DNA of 64,000 nt from Auanema rhodensis (Eukaryota > Animalia > Nematoda): contig OZ059895.1 in the NCBI GenBank assembly GCA_964057225.1, positions 14,446,001 to 14,510,000 on the forward strand, written 5' to 3'. A program made the translations under genes and the position numbers. This document shows positions 25,156-39,977 of this stretch, piece after piece. Under the pieces are notes generated by a model. That model saw only the letters and a program-made list of their open reading frames with translations. It did not search any database and was not told the origin of the DNA. How positions within the stretch are numbered: position 1 is the first letter of the stretch; each line of letters opens with the position of its first letter.

Positions 25156-25400
25156 ATGAATCGAAAATCATTGGATGAATCAAGTTCTTTGGAATTTTAA
25201 AATTGAAAAATCAACGAAGATGATAATCATTCTGGGAATTATAGTTGAGATGAGCCAAGTTCGATGTAGCCTACACGTGTGCAGGACCCATGGTGTCTAG
25301 TCAAGAGAGACGGTCTTTATCATGTTGGGGGGAGAGATACAGCACGTCTATGTGATACGACACGTGCATTGATGCCACTGGGAGGTGACACTGCTTCGTC

Positions 25401-25495
25401 GGTTTAATTACCCAAGTTTGAGGTACTTTCCTGATTCAACCAGAAACATTCTGTGTTCGAATTAAATTTTGGAACGCTCTCCACTGGAGAGCAAC
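25401..25495 (+). ncRNA. sls-1: Spliced-leader SL1 RNA gene, copy 3
   Basis: Identical to copies 1 and 2, 340 bp after copy 2. Confidence 0.96.
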
Positions 25496-26334
25496 ATGAA
25501 TCGGAAAACTGTTTTGTCAGGTTTAAGCTTTGTTCATCATTGTTGTGAATGATTATTGAGGAATATTACAGTAGAATTCATAATTTTTGAAATTAGTAGG
25601 ATTATATGTTAAAATTGGAAACCTATCTAGCTAACATAGCAAACGACACGAGTGTTGATCACTGACTTTGTCGGTTATTCAAGGGTAGAATGTAATTGCT
25701 CATTCCTTTTAATGAAAATATATTTGAAATGTTTATAGTTGGCTTATGTATGTTTTAGGCAATAAGAAAGGTTTTATAACAAAATATTTAATAAGTTAAG
25801 TTTCAAGTTTTTTTTAAGTTTCTATTTTTCTTTTCATCCAAATCTTAACTATTCATAAATATTTAACTGAAACAACCACTTTTTTGGTCAAAGATCATTT
25901 CATTTGTTAAAGAATGTTCCTTTTTTTTCTTTTCAATAAGGTTTGAGCACGTTCTTTGCTTCACTTTTCTTTAAAAATCTACTTTTATTCATACAGCTTG
26001 TCTATCATCTATCTCTGAATATGTATACTCTATTTCACATTAATTATAGATAACAAGGAAAAATGTCAATTTTTAAAGTTTTTATCTTATAAGCATCTTT
26101 TAAACTTACTTATGGATATATTCCTTGGTTCTTCATTTTCTTTTTCTCTTTCAAGCTTCATCTTCTGGCTTTTCGTTCAATTTTCTCTTTTTTTTTTGAA
26201 AACCAAAATTAGTCATTCTTTCTCACTTTTTGTCACATTTTGGCTGTTGCAAGTTCATCTTCTTGTACTTTGTTTTCATAAAAAATATTATTTATCTCTC
26301 TTGTCCTTTACCACCTCTTTTCTTGGATTACATA

Positions 26335-26338
<4 letters not shown>

Positions 26339-26404
<66 letters not shown>
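26339..26404 (+). repeat. (CT)n microsatellite, representative of many between 26 and 42 kb
   Basis: About 33 perfect TC units. Similar tracts near 28087, 34142, 34997, 39755, 41339. Confidence 0.95.
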
Positions 26405-26408
<4 letters not shown>

Positions 26409-28083
26409 ACTTTGATATCTACATATACTCACGCTTTTAGTTCATCTCTATATCAGCTGTCTATTCTTCAATTTCCTTTGATTGTCCGAAAATTGAAATT
26501 AATGAACGCATGTCATGCCATAGGTCAGATGAGACCTTTCTCTCTGGGGGTGATTCCATATGATCTGTAAGCTTGAAAGCTCAACCAATGTAAGAAAAGA
26601 GAAATAGAGGGAACGAGACATAAAAAGAAAGCAAGAAGGAGGTAGAGAGAAGAGATGAAGAGAGAACATGGAATTCGATTCGAAAGTCAAGCACCGAGAG
26701 AGAACAGAAGCTATGAGAGAATCAGGCACGAGTGGCGGAAGGATGCTATCCTTTCAACTAAGCATACCCTCTCTTGCCATCTCTCTCTCACACAATTCCG
26801 TTTCCCTCTCAATTATCCTCTTTCTCTCTTCCATTCCCTCTCTTCCTATCTCTCAAATTTGCAATGTGATTTCCTTATTTCCTTAATAAATCCGTTCAAC
26901 TTCAATAATTTGCTCTGGCATGCTCTCAGTTCAAGCTTTGGCTGAAACAACTTGAAACAGAGCTTGTAACTTATTCTTATTTTTTTCACTTCCTTCTTAC
27001 TTATTCATTGAAATTTGTAATTTTCAATATAATATACTATTTTTTTTTAAATCAAAGCTCTAAAAGATACCTGAATCTATACTATAGACGTCATTGATTC
27101 ATTCATTTTTCTATTTTTCTCCCTTCAATTTCCAATGAGAAATACAATTTTATTAACAATTGTTTATCCAATATTGCTGTTTGTCCTATAATTTTGAAGT
27201 AAAAAATTCAGGAACTTTCAAATAAGGCATTTGGCCGCATCGCAACCGCATCGCGCCATTGAAATCGAAGAGCTTTTATTGCGGGAACACAGGAGAGTAA
27301 TAAGGAGGGAAAGAAGAAGAGAAATGAAACAGAGAGTTTAGAGAATAAAGGAATGATAGAGAAAGAGAGTTTGTAAAGAATGAACGTAAGAAGAGAGAAA
27401 AATAGCGAGAGTGAGAGAGAAAGATAGAGAGAGGGAGCAGAAGAGACAAAGGAAGAATAGCAGGGACCTAAGGTTGTACTTGAGAGCTTCCTTCAGAAGC
27501 CTCATATAGCTTCAGCTAGGTTTCGACATTTTTTCTTTTTTTTTCTTCCAAATATTCCCATATTCTATAAAGGAAAAACATATACAAAGCTGTTTTTCTC
27601 AATTACTTTACTTGACTCAGTTAACGACCTTATCTCATGGATTATAAGAACACGAAAATTAATTTTTCCTTTTCGTCAAGCTTATACTACAACAGCATTT
27701 TGCTGTTCGTTGCCGTTCCTTCCTCTTCACTTGTCCATTACTTCCCCCTTTGATGTTATCCCTCCATTACATACATCTTCCTAACTTGATTGAATCTATT
27801 CAAATTCTTTTCGTCTTTTTCTTCTTCGTCGTCGTCAAAATTTCAAATATTTTCGCTTGAAAACGCCTAAAAATTTAAAACTTCCATCAAGCTTGATGAT
27901 AACACATAAGCAATCATGAGCTGTATTATCTCGCCTGCCAGCTACAACCACACTTCCTATTTTCTTTTCTTTTTTTTCTTTTTATTTTGAATAAAAAACT
28001 GGATTCTCTCGCTTCGAACAATGTACCTATTGCATTCAGTGCTTCTCTGTTCTGCTAATAATATGATTTCGTGCTCAGTTCTA

Positions 28084-28132
<49 letters not shown>

Positions 28133-29229
28133 GTAAGCTAGTTGCTCGAACACCTTCTTTCATTTCAGGAAAAACGTGTTCACTCCCGTAAGATACCCAT
28201 CCCACTTCATAGCTTTACTCTTTTCCTTCAAATTTGTTGTTTTTTGTCCATTTTGTCTTAACTTTTCCCTCGCTTTCCTTCCTCTCTCTTTCTCTCTCTC
28301 TTTTTCTTTTTTTTTTTGGCTCATTCCCTTGAGTTTTTTCTTCATGCTGGTTCAAAATGCTGCGTTCTTGTGCGATATTATATGTATACGATGAATAATT
28401 TTCTCACAATGCTTATATTTCAATAATTTTAAACTATATTAACTATATCTATAGATATACTACATATATCTATCTATACTATCTAGCAATTGTTCTATAA
28501 CTATAGAAGAGATATACTGTTTAATTCATATCTTTAACAATTTCATTTGAACTTATTTTGTATTTTAAAGTTCAGCTCAACTTCACACACGCACACACGC
28601 ACAGCTGACCTGATACCGAATGTTTCAGCCTCCCCCCCCTTCCTTCTCCATTCTTATTTCGTACATTTTTTCCGTACTTTCAATATTTTTTCTCATTTCC
28701 ATTCAAACTATTTGACTATATTATTCTTTTCTATTCATATTCATATATATCTTCTTTTCTTTCAATGTTTTCTTATTAATTTCTTATAATTTATATATAT
28801 AAATCTCTTTTGAATATTTCTTAATATTCTATTTTTATAATAAAAATTATAAATTAATTGAATATTATTAAAATAGTTCAAAAGAATAATCAATAATAAG
28901 AAAGTTACTTAAGTCTTATTTCTTTGTATTGTTTACTTCGTCTTTGTTTGTTTGTGCTCATATAAGCCTAAAAACATAAACTTTTCAACTTCAATACCAC
29001 TAAAATAATACAAAAATATCTTTTTAATCAAATAAATGTATATATTCCTATAGATTATCTATATCTAATATTATTATATTTTATCTTTTTAGAACTTTTT
29101 ATTTTTCTTTAAAATAGAATTCATATATGTATATATATACACATATTCTCCGTTTTACTTTATAATTAGTATAAATGTACTTTTATGCTATTTCATGTGA
29201 TTTTGACCAAAATTATTTCAGACCAAATT

Positions 29230-32200
29230 ATGTCTGCTGGATTAGCTGTTAAACGACCTCAAGCTGGTATGCAAACAAGTTATTTATAAAAAATATTTAA
29301 CATAATTAAAATTTTTATATATATATAATGAGACAAAGAGGTTTTGAACTCATGCTGTATGTCATAAATCAAAAATCATTTGAACTTTTTCTTCTATTCT
29401 CGTGTTTTCTTTGGAATATATCAACTGACTTCACGTGGTATGCTAATCATCCATTGCATTCAATTCATACGTACATGTGACGTACGTCATACGCGTTAAT
29501 GTTACAGTTTATTTTAAAACGAAACTATCAGATGATCGGTTGTACTTCAATTGAATGAAACCTTTTGTGAGCAATTAACTTAAATAATTTCAGGCAATTT
29601 ATCAATTTACAACACATTGAACGATAAACTCATATCACATTCATCAACTATATCAACAAATGCTGAAAAAACAGCAGAAAATGTTGCAAACGATGATCAA
29701 CAAAAAGCTTTACTGGAAAAGGTCAGATTTCTACCATATTAACCATTTATTTTATTATTTTGCTACTAATATATACACATAATATTCAAATTTTATTTTA
29801 TGCGGTAAATACAATTATTATGAAATATAAGTTTCGTATAAAATGTTTTGTTTTGTACGCTTTCGCCGTGGTCCACATTCTCTGTATCTTTGCACTGGTC
29901 GCATGTGCTTTGAGCTTCTCTTTTCTATAATTAACCTTTGCTCAATTAGCATGAAGTGACCTCCCACCACCCTCCTTGTCCTTGAGGGTGACATTCAACT
30001 TCAACAAGTTCATATATCCGATTTATTCGAAACATAAAATTCAGTTGTTAAGTTCAAGCATCATTGAATTTCTCTCAAAGTTTTTTTTTCAAATATCACT
30101 CACCTCATTATTTGAAAAGTTCAAATATCTCCAGTCAGCATGTAATGAATGTCACAACAATAATGTTGATCAACGTATATTAGTGTATAGATATAGCACA
30201 TTATCGCTTTCATATACTTGAAGATGGTGTCATTCTATTATCTCAAATCATATGATCAAACCCATATATTTCTTTGAACTCTTGTTATATGGACTACACG
30301 TATCTTTGCGGATTATTTGACTAAATTTCATTTTTTTTTCTCTCTCGAGTTTTCAGATCCAAATGCAATTTCTCTTTTGTACACAATCCAATAATCGACA
30401 ATCGAATAAATCTTTTTTGAGACTAAAATTTAACAATTTTTCTTAATTGAAACCATGTTTCCAAGAGAAATAAAGTATTCAGAGCATACTAGAGCATGTT
30501 TCTCATTTCTCATCACTCACCTTCCTCCCTCCAGACGTTTTTTTTTCAAATAGTTTTTCTCTTCAACTTGATCTCCTTCAAAGCCTTTCTCTCTCTCTTT
30601 CTCTCTCTCTCTCATTCTCTCTTTGTCGATCTGTTTCTTTCTGTCTAATCACTTTTCTTTTTCTTTCATTTTTTTTTGAAAATAGTCTTAATGGTCTAAC
30701 TTCATTTACTTTTTTTCTTGAATTCTCTTCAAGATGTATAATATTTCATTTTGAAATTTCTCTCTACATTTCTCTTCAAATATCATTAACTTTCTCCTTC
30801 TCATCTAAATTCAGTCAGTTGTTCTTCTATGCTTTTCGGATTCACGGACACCCTTCATCGTAATCTTAAAGACTTTAAGGAAATCTTTCAATATGCTACT
30901 CATTTTAGACAAAAATATGTTTTTTCTTATTTTTTCTATGTCTCTTTATACAATATTATATTCTTAATACTTGTTTCTTTTGATATATTTCACATGAAAT
31001 CATTTGAAATTCAGATTTTCTATTGAAATACACGGATTTACATTTCTCATATAGGTGTAATATCTTTCTTTTAAAACGTTTTGCTGTCAAGCTTTAAGCA
31101 TTTCACAGCATTAAAACACTTTTTTTCGATTCCTACTAGTACCTTGATAAATCATTTCAGTGTCAACAATTTACTTCTTCATTGATACATCTGTAGTTCA
31201 TAGATTTCCATAAAAAACATGTTCAGACATTTTCAAAGAAAAACTTAAAAAGTTTGAAGCATTTGAAGCATTTTAAGCTTAATTTAGAATTATATTATTA
31301 TATAACATAGTATACATGTAACTATATAATTTTCAAGTAATTCTTCTCATCTATTTATCTGTTGTTATTGGCAAACATCTCGATTTCAAATAGCCGAACC
31401 CCCACAATTATCCATCTCGCGTCGGCAAGCCCTGGTCACATGTTGCTCACAAATGAAAGAGAATGTTGAAAAATAGCTTAATGCTTAACATATCTTGTAT
31501 TGACTCTCATTTCATCTTATATCTTATATTATCAAAATAAAAATAAATTTTTTTATTTATTTCGGTAAGTAATATTATGAGTTCAAGTTCATGTCATTGT
31601 GTTTACACATCATACTTCACTAAAAATTCTGTTCTTTCAACTCAATAACTTCCTCTGTTGTTGAAGCTTGAGCTTTAGTTTCAAAAAAGTTTCTTTTTCT
31701 TATATTAACCTTGATCCATTCCCCTCTCTCTCTCTCTCTCTCCCACTCTCCCACTTGATCTTTCTCTTTACCTTCCTTGAATAAGAAATATACGAAAAAC
31801 CTATATGATATACGTATTGTAATATGGTTATATTTTATCTCCAACTTGTAGTTGATTGGTTCTGGATCCAGACTTTCATAGGAAAAAATTTCAAATTATA
31901 ATTCAAAAAAAAAATTTTGTTAGAAAAGGCTTTGCTAAAACTCGAAATTCTGATACTTAGTGCCTGTTGAGTCTTCAAGCTTTATACCCTCAGCAGCTTA
32001 AAAAAAGTTTAATCTTTAACGTTATTTCTCGTTCAAATTTCTTAGTTCCTTCAAAGCAACATGATAGCTTTTCTCAAATTTTCACTCATTCTACCATGTC
32101 CGATTATCGGAGATTATTCTGCACACTTCTGTCCCGGTTTTTCCGATTCAGATTAGTTTCTCTACACTAGCATTCACCCAGTTTTAACAGTATTATACCC

Positions 32201-33882
32201 CTCCACCTGGTATTGAATTCATTTTTCCATCTTTGTTCGCCATCCAACAGTATTATTTTCATTTTTAAAAAACATTTCAATTTTTGAAATAGATTATTCA
32301 ATTCAATATGAACATGTTTCAGTTATCAGCAAGTGCATCACAATCATCAGATTTAGAAGGTCGTCTGCGTACAGCTTTACGTGAGCGTGACGAACAGTGG
32401 AGAAAACACGAAAAAGTAAATATTTTGGTTCAAATAACATTCATAATATTCTGATTTAAAGGCTCAAATATCATTCTTACAACAAGAAAGTTCAAATATG
32501 CTCAAAGGACTTCATAGCGAGATTGAACGATTAGGACATCAGTTGAGAGGTAAGGACAAGTCTGATAAGCCGACTTAACTTGATCTTCAGATGCTAAGCA
32601 TAAGCTTCTGGTAACTGGCACAGAATCCGTATCCATTTGTGATCATACAGAATTGGAAAAAACAATTTCACAACATGAAGAAACAATACGCTTACTTGAA
32701 CAGGTTCAAACTTAACAAACTTGATTGTACTGAAGCATTTTTTATTTCAGAAATTGACACGAAAAGAAGATCAAGCACAGAATATTGAAAAGACTGTCAC
32801 AGCTACAATTCATAAACTTCAAGAACAAATTCATTTACAGGTTAGTACAATGAAAGATATATCATCTGGCTAATCATAAAGTTCCTTCTTAATGCTCTAA
32901 GCCTATCAAATTGCAAAATTAACCTCTTGTAAACAATGTGATACTCTGCAAATCACTATTCCAAGTATTATTCTATTTTCGTCACGTATATCGTATAATT
33001 AAATCGAAATATATTAAAATCTACTTTTGTAAAGTTTCAAGTTTTCTTTGTAGGCTGATAGAATTCGCCAGTTATCATCTGAAATGAATGATAGAAATCA
33101 AACTGTTGCTCATCTTAGTAGCCAGGTAAACGATCCTTTTTTTGCTTTTTTTTGTTGAAAAAGAGAATAAAAAAATTTCTTTTCAATAGAATTTCTTTGA
33201 AAAAAATTTTTTTTCAGCTGAGAGCCTATCGTTTGAGAGATGCTATGGCAACAGCTCAACAAAGACGTCGAGCTTCACATGGAAGCAATAGTCCATCTTC
33301 ATCTGAATTAGTTTCTCCAACTTCACCCTTCAGGTAATTTTTGAAGTAAAAATGCTGTTAACAAACGACTGCCCTTCGAATCTTACAACCTATTCGATCT
33401 CTATGTGCTACTTGGACGCCCTTGCATTGTTGTACAAGCTTCAAGTTCCTAGTACAAGCATTACCACGTGTTATGAAACATGTTGAGCATGTCACCCGAA
33501 TTGAGTGTTGGGTGTTTGTATTATTTTCAATAAACTATATCATATAGTAAATAATATTTTCTAAAGATTTATTTTTATTTTTGTAGAGTATTTCCCCCAG
33601 CTAAAGGACTTGTAAGTGCATCTGTTACGGTTAGTTATCCCGGAAGCCGAAGTGACATGCAAAGGTTGGTTCAAGTTCTTATAATTGTCGCAACTTACAA
33701 GATATTTTTAACAATTCCTATAGAAAAAAGTGCTTATTATTCAGTTTCCCGATCTGAGAAAAAAAAACTTTCTTTTTCCTTCTAAAAATCTTTTCATTTG
33801 CAGTGACCAATCATCAGAAGGGCCATGTAGCATTGAGAGACCCAGACGCCGAAAGTCAACTGGAATAGGATTTGGAAAATAA
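29230..33882 (+). CDS. CCDC92-like coiled-coil protein
   Basis: MSAGLAVKRPQA... AQISFLQQESSNMLKGLHSEIERLGHQLR (CCDC92/74 N-terminal motif) ...IRQLSSEMNDRNQTVAHLSSQLRAYRLR... RRRKSTGIGFGK*. About 10 exons in consistent phase. Confidence 0.75.
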
Positions 33883-34133
33883 GTTCAACATTAAAGTTTC
33901 AAAATCGCATCATATCTGATTTTGAGCTTTTCTTCTTCTTCTTCTTCTTTATTGAAACATTATTATTTCCTCTTCTCTTCTTCATAATAATCATATCAAA
34001 ATATATATTTATATATATATATATTATGTGTGTGAAGCTGCTATGTATTGGACTATGTGTGATGATTATTTAAATATCCAAATTTTGGAATATTTCAATC
34101 ATCAGCTCTTATTCATGTGAATCTCTGTCCCTT

Positions 34134-34187
<54 letters not shown>

Positions 34188-34992
34188 CTTTTTTCTTTTT
34201 CGAAAGAAAATATTCAATAATAATTTGTTTTTTGTGTTTGCTCAATTAACATCAACTCGGTACTATTATTCTCTTTATTTTCTTTTTTTTTTTTGGATTT
34301 TTTTCAAAAAAAAAAAATATGCGTTTGATATACTGTATATACCATATAAATATATGTACAATGTATTATATAAATATTATAAATTATCCGATTAATTTTT
34401 GATTTTTTAACGAAATAGGTATGGTATTCGGTGATGTAAGTGTATGCATGAATAGGAGTTTTTCTCTTTAGAAAACCTGATAATATGTGTATAATTAGTT
34501 AAAATATAATACATTTTATAGTAATGAATAGCATTTATTAAATAAATACATATCTATACATTAAATAAAAAAAAGAAAAGAAATTAATGTCTATTTATAT
34601 AATTTTAATACAAAAAAAATAGCTGATTATGCTGTATAGTTAAGAGATTCTTTTCATTCATCCATCACCAATTATTATATTCAAATTAGCATATAATGGT
34701 GTAATAAATGAAATACACGTGTATACACGTGAACGATTATAATTGCGTCAAATTCTAATTTTGAACTTCTTTCTTGAATTTTTCAAAACGGTTGTATTTG
34801 AATATGCTCTAATCTTAAATCTAATTATTTATCATCATAAATCATATTACTGTATTGTTTTTTGGTCTTAAAAAGATAATTTAATTAATATTTTTTCTTT
34901 ATTTTACTTGAAATAATGTACTTTACATGAAGATAAAAGGAGATTTTGAGTAGAATTGGATTCTATAAAGTTTAAAAGAAATTGTTCTTCTG

Positions 34993-35036
<44 letters not shown>

Positions 35037-38000
35037 CTCTCTCTCTATCTATCTCTCTTATCACAAGCATTTACCCAATTATATGTTCTCTCGCTTCCTT
35101 TTCAAGTCAACGGTCAGGATACAACAATCTAGGTTAGTGTTAGAAGAGGATAAACGCTTGTCTTGTTCTCTCTGTCTCACCTTTTCTCTCTTATTCCCCT
35201 TCTATCTCTTTTCTAATATTCCTCCTATTCATTACTGATAAACGTTGATTTTGGATTTATTCTCTCACCAAACTCTTTTAATCTCTGGAATTCTCTATCA
35301 TCATGTTATCTAAGCGATTGACTTAACGCTACATTCATTACTCTTCAATCTCTTCTTCCCCCTCTCCCCCCCCCCCTCTACTTCTCCCGCTTTCTCTATT
35401 GCGTTTGAATATTATCACTTGTATTCATTTAGATCTAGCATTAAATGAGTCTTTTTCATTAATTCTTAACATTTTCCATACAAGACGAATAAATTCAACT
35501 TTGATCATCTAATATGATGAGCATAAGCTTATATGCTTGAACGAAGATAAAAAAGAGGAAAAATTAAAAAAAAAAAAGGAAATATGATAGCTAATTTGAT
35601 GATTTGATAACTCATGCTGATTTAATGAAATTTAGTAAAAAATTTTTTTTTGTTTTTTTTTTTGCTTTCATGATGAATTTCAGCAAATCACAACTTTCAT
35701 CCAACAGGTTACTTAGCGATAACGAACAAGCTGTCTCTCTACCTCTCTCTCTTTCTCTCCCTCCCTCTTTCTCTCTCTCTCTCTCTCTTTTACTATTATA
35801 CATATAATATAATATACAATATGTATTATGTATATCTTGGTAGTTTTAAATGAAAATATTTTTTATTTTTAATAGAATAATATATAAATTTCTCTGTCTT
35901 CCAACATCTTATGATACTATTTTTTCTCTTCTGTCTTTCTTTTCTCTTTTTCGTTTTTCTTTCTTTTCATTTCGTTTCGTTTCTTCCCTTTTTTTGGCTT
36001 CTGCTTTTGAACTGTAAATATATATATTTCATGTGAAAATTCACTATTTAAGTCTTGATATGTAAGTCAAGATCTCCTTTTCTATTTTGTTATAAAACGC
36101 CAGTTTTCTCTTATCAATGCATATATAGATATATGAAATTCTCAGAAAATAGATCATTCACATGCAATACCTTCTGAAACATTTGCAATTCGAATGCTGC
36201 TGAGTAATCTTTTACAAAACTCTTCAACATGAGATTATATTCTTTTATATAATTCTTACTGCTTCAACAACCTTATATCCACGAATAGAAACGATTGAAA
36301 GAGAGAGAGAGAGAGAGAGAGGGGCGGGGAGGGGGGGGGCGGATAGAGAGAAGAGGGATATCTACGTGGACAGAGGAGTTGAGGAAGAGAGAGAGAGAAA
36401 GAGATAAGTGACAAGGATTATTCACGGGGACGAAGTAAATGTTTTTGATATCATGAAAGGGGCTGGAAGTTGTTCGGGATGTGAGTGGGGGAGGAGAGGG
36501 GGGGGGGACAAGTGGGAGGAGTAGAGAGAAATCTCTATCTGTTCGTGACTTCTCAAGGAAGTAACCATGTTTGACATTACCATCATCATCTACTTCTAGA
36601 ACTATAACGCTTATTCTACTGAAATTCGAGCTTAATTTCAATATTTCTCTTCTTCTTCTACGCCTGATATTGTTTTTTGAGAACCAAAAAAATTTTTTTT
36701 AATTTTCTGGACAACAAGGATGATGATCAGTCTTATTCAGTAGTAGTATTGGCCTTGTATTTGTATATAAAAGGAATAGAGAGAGATTGAGAAAGAAAGA
36801 GAGAGAGAGACAGAGAGAGAGAGAAAGAGAGAGAAAGGGGGGGGGGGGGTAGATGATGATGACCCCGTTTTCGATTAATTTTCATTCCAATTCATCCTTA
36901 TCAATATTTCATTTCATTTGTTTCTTTTCTCCTTTTGCAAACAAAATCGTTTCACACAATTCAATATAAACAACATGTTTTTCAATACAATATCGTTATT
37001 ACTGAATTTGTGTTTTTTCTCACATACCTTCAGAATTCACAAACGACGACGACGACGACAACGACGACGACGACGTTGACGACATTCATGATGACGACTT
37101 GTTATATCAATCCCCCTCATCTAACCTTTCTACTATTACCATCATCATTTCATTTCTCTCTTTTTTCATTTTATATTTTTCCATTCGAAACCAATAAGCA
37201 AAAGCAAAAAAGAAAATGCTACTGTGCTACAGCTACGGTTATTGCGAAGGCTACTGTGACACTTCTTCTTCTTCTTCGGCTGCTGTTCATGATGATGATG
37301 CTGCTACTGTTGTAGCTTATTCTGATATTCTGATTCTGAAGTTCAAAGGATTTGAAGAATAAAAACCAATATAATTCCATTTAAAAAGACGAACGAATGA
37401 CTTCTACGATTGATATCCATCTCCTTCCATAACTTTTTTTTTTCTCATCGTATTTCTTCATTTGTAATCTCGCTAAGGGTCAATTGACCCCAATCTATCT
37501 TCAACTCTCTCTTAATCATCGTCTCAATTTCTTTTACCCCCCTTAGCTATTATCATTCAATTTCTATCATCATTATAACCTATTTGACTACTTTTAATCC
37601 TTTCTCACACTATCATATCTCCTGAATTTCTTTTCCATTTTTTTTTCTTTCTTTAACATCATCTATCTTTCAAAAAATATTTTACTGATTTGAACTCAAT
37701 CTATGTATGTGTCTGTGTCTTTCCTCCCTACTCACCATCGATACAAGACAACGTGGTTCAATCTTGTTCATCAGTAATGTTGACGTCATCATCTAATGAA
37801 TACATCACTTTTCATTACAGCTTCTCACTCGATATGATCTCTCCTCTCATCTCTCCTATTCTCACCTTCATTCTCTTTTCCTTTTTCTCTCCAACTTACT
37901 TTTTATAGTTGAAGATCAAAAAATAAAAAAAAAATAAAACAAAGTTATCATCTCAATTCATCAATTCATCTTCAATCTCTCCCTCTGCTTCTGCCTCTTC

Positions 38001-38301
38001 CTCTCGTTTTTCCTTAATCACCACTTCTTCTTCTTTTTCTTCGTAGCTACCATCATCTTCATCATATTGCGTAACATTTACAACAAAAAAATATTTGAGA
38101 AATTGCAATAAAAGCCTATCTTATCACCACAGAAATTTTGTCTCATCCAATATTGAATTTGAATAATAATAATTGAATTTTCTCTTCATATTTCTAATTC
38201 ATTATCTCGATTTCGATACAGAATGTTGTTTTCAAAGTCCCACCACTACCACAAGCACCAGCCCCATACACAGAGAGAGAGAAAGAGAGAGAGAGAGAGA
38301 T

Positions 38302-38334
<33 letters not shown>

Positions 38335-39749
38335 TATGTACATACACATTTCCATTTTCATCCACACTTCCCGAACACTTGGCTTTGTTTCTTTTCTCAG
38401 ATATTTCTCTTATTTTTACGATAATAAGAAGCATTTTTCTTACTTTTTCAATCATTTTTTATAAAAAATTTGCAACTAGTTCACATCAATTATTTCACTG
38501 AATTTCACATTTTTTTTGTGAAACAGAAAAAAAAATTTCTTTTATTCTATGAAAAATCGTTGAAACAAATTATTTTCTTTTTCACCAAATCTCATCGTAT
38601 TTGATCTCTGCTGCATCTTTTGTTAGTCTTATGTAGCTTCTATCTTATGAATCATGTACTTTAAGCATAATCTTCAAGAATGAGCTTTATTTCTTTTTTT
38701 TTTGGAAAGGATGAAGACGAAAAAAAGATTTTCCTCTTTGCCTCCCACACTCCTCCTCCATTTTTGCTAAGCTCCAACATGAGACACTGAGCACTTATCT
38801 CATTTCATTCATAAGATATTGTACTCAATTCATTGTGATCTTCATGAAACCATCTATATTTAGATTCTGATGATGATGACGACGATGGATGAAGGCTACA
38901 ACGACAAAATTCATGAAAACGATGACGACTAAGCTGCTGATTCTCCATTTACAGTTTGAGCTTTAACCTTCGAAGAAACTTGAACCTATCCACGTCTACT
39001 CTGGTTTCAAAGGACATAATCAAGATTCAAATGACTTCCTTACATCATCAGCATCATCTTTTCCATCCTCTTCATCATCATCATCATCTTCGTCATCATC
39101 TTCATCGTGAAAAATAACAGCAGCATTGTCGTCGTCGTCGTTGTCGTCGTCGTCGTCGTTGTTAGCATCTGCATCTGCATTTGCATCTGCATCCTATTCA
39201 TAACTGAAACATGAGATTTATTAAATATAAAAAAACATTATTCTATTAAAAATTCATTCATCACAACATGCAAATTCCAAAAAAAAATTTTTTTCGAAAA
39301 GTGCTCCTATCCTTTTTGAGAAAAAAAAAGATTTCCATTTCAGTACAATTGAATAATTTCCTGATTCAAATTATTATTTTTTTTCTTTAAATTCTTTCTT
39401 CTAATCTTTGATTTTAATGAGCTCTGACTCTTCTGTCACTCCCTCTCTCCCTCCCTCTACGACATCGTGTGTGCCTTATATAGCTCAGATGCACATCAGT
39501 TGAGCTCACCTATATATTAGTATGTATCTTCATTATGAAAATCTAAGTTTTTCCTGTTTCAAATTTCATATTATTAACTATATATAGTATAGTTAGTTAG
39601 TAATCTTAATCATTATCTCATTTATAATTCTGACGTCAAATGTTTGCGATATCAATTCAAACTTATTTATATAACTCATTTGAAGTCAAAAGTCTTCAAG
39701 TTATTTTCGTTAATTTTTTAATTTTTGAAAAGAAAAAAGGAGGTTTCCC

Positions 39750-39795
<46 letters not shown>

Positions 39796-39909
39796 ACATC
39801 ATTGTAATATACACAAATACATATACTTAACTAGTTTTCAACTCTATATAACTCGCACAAATGTCATTACTATACGTATAGATTATGTTGGTACTGCAAC
39901 CTTTTTACC

Positions 39910-39914
<5 letters not shown>

Positions 39915-39974
<60 letters not shown>
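39915..39974 (+). repeat. (AG)n microsatellite
   Basis: About 30 AG units. Further AG tracts at about 38270, 43250, 44710-44800. Confidence 0.95.

Positions 39975-39977
<3 letters not shown>

Noticed and set aside
24583-25495. CRISPR-like array of identical repeats with variable spacers
   Set aside because: The repeats are complete SL1 RNA genes in a eukaryotic genome, the spacers are homologous to each other, and there are no cas genes.
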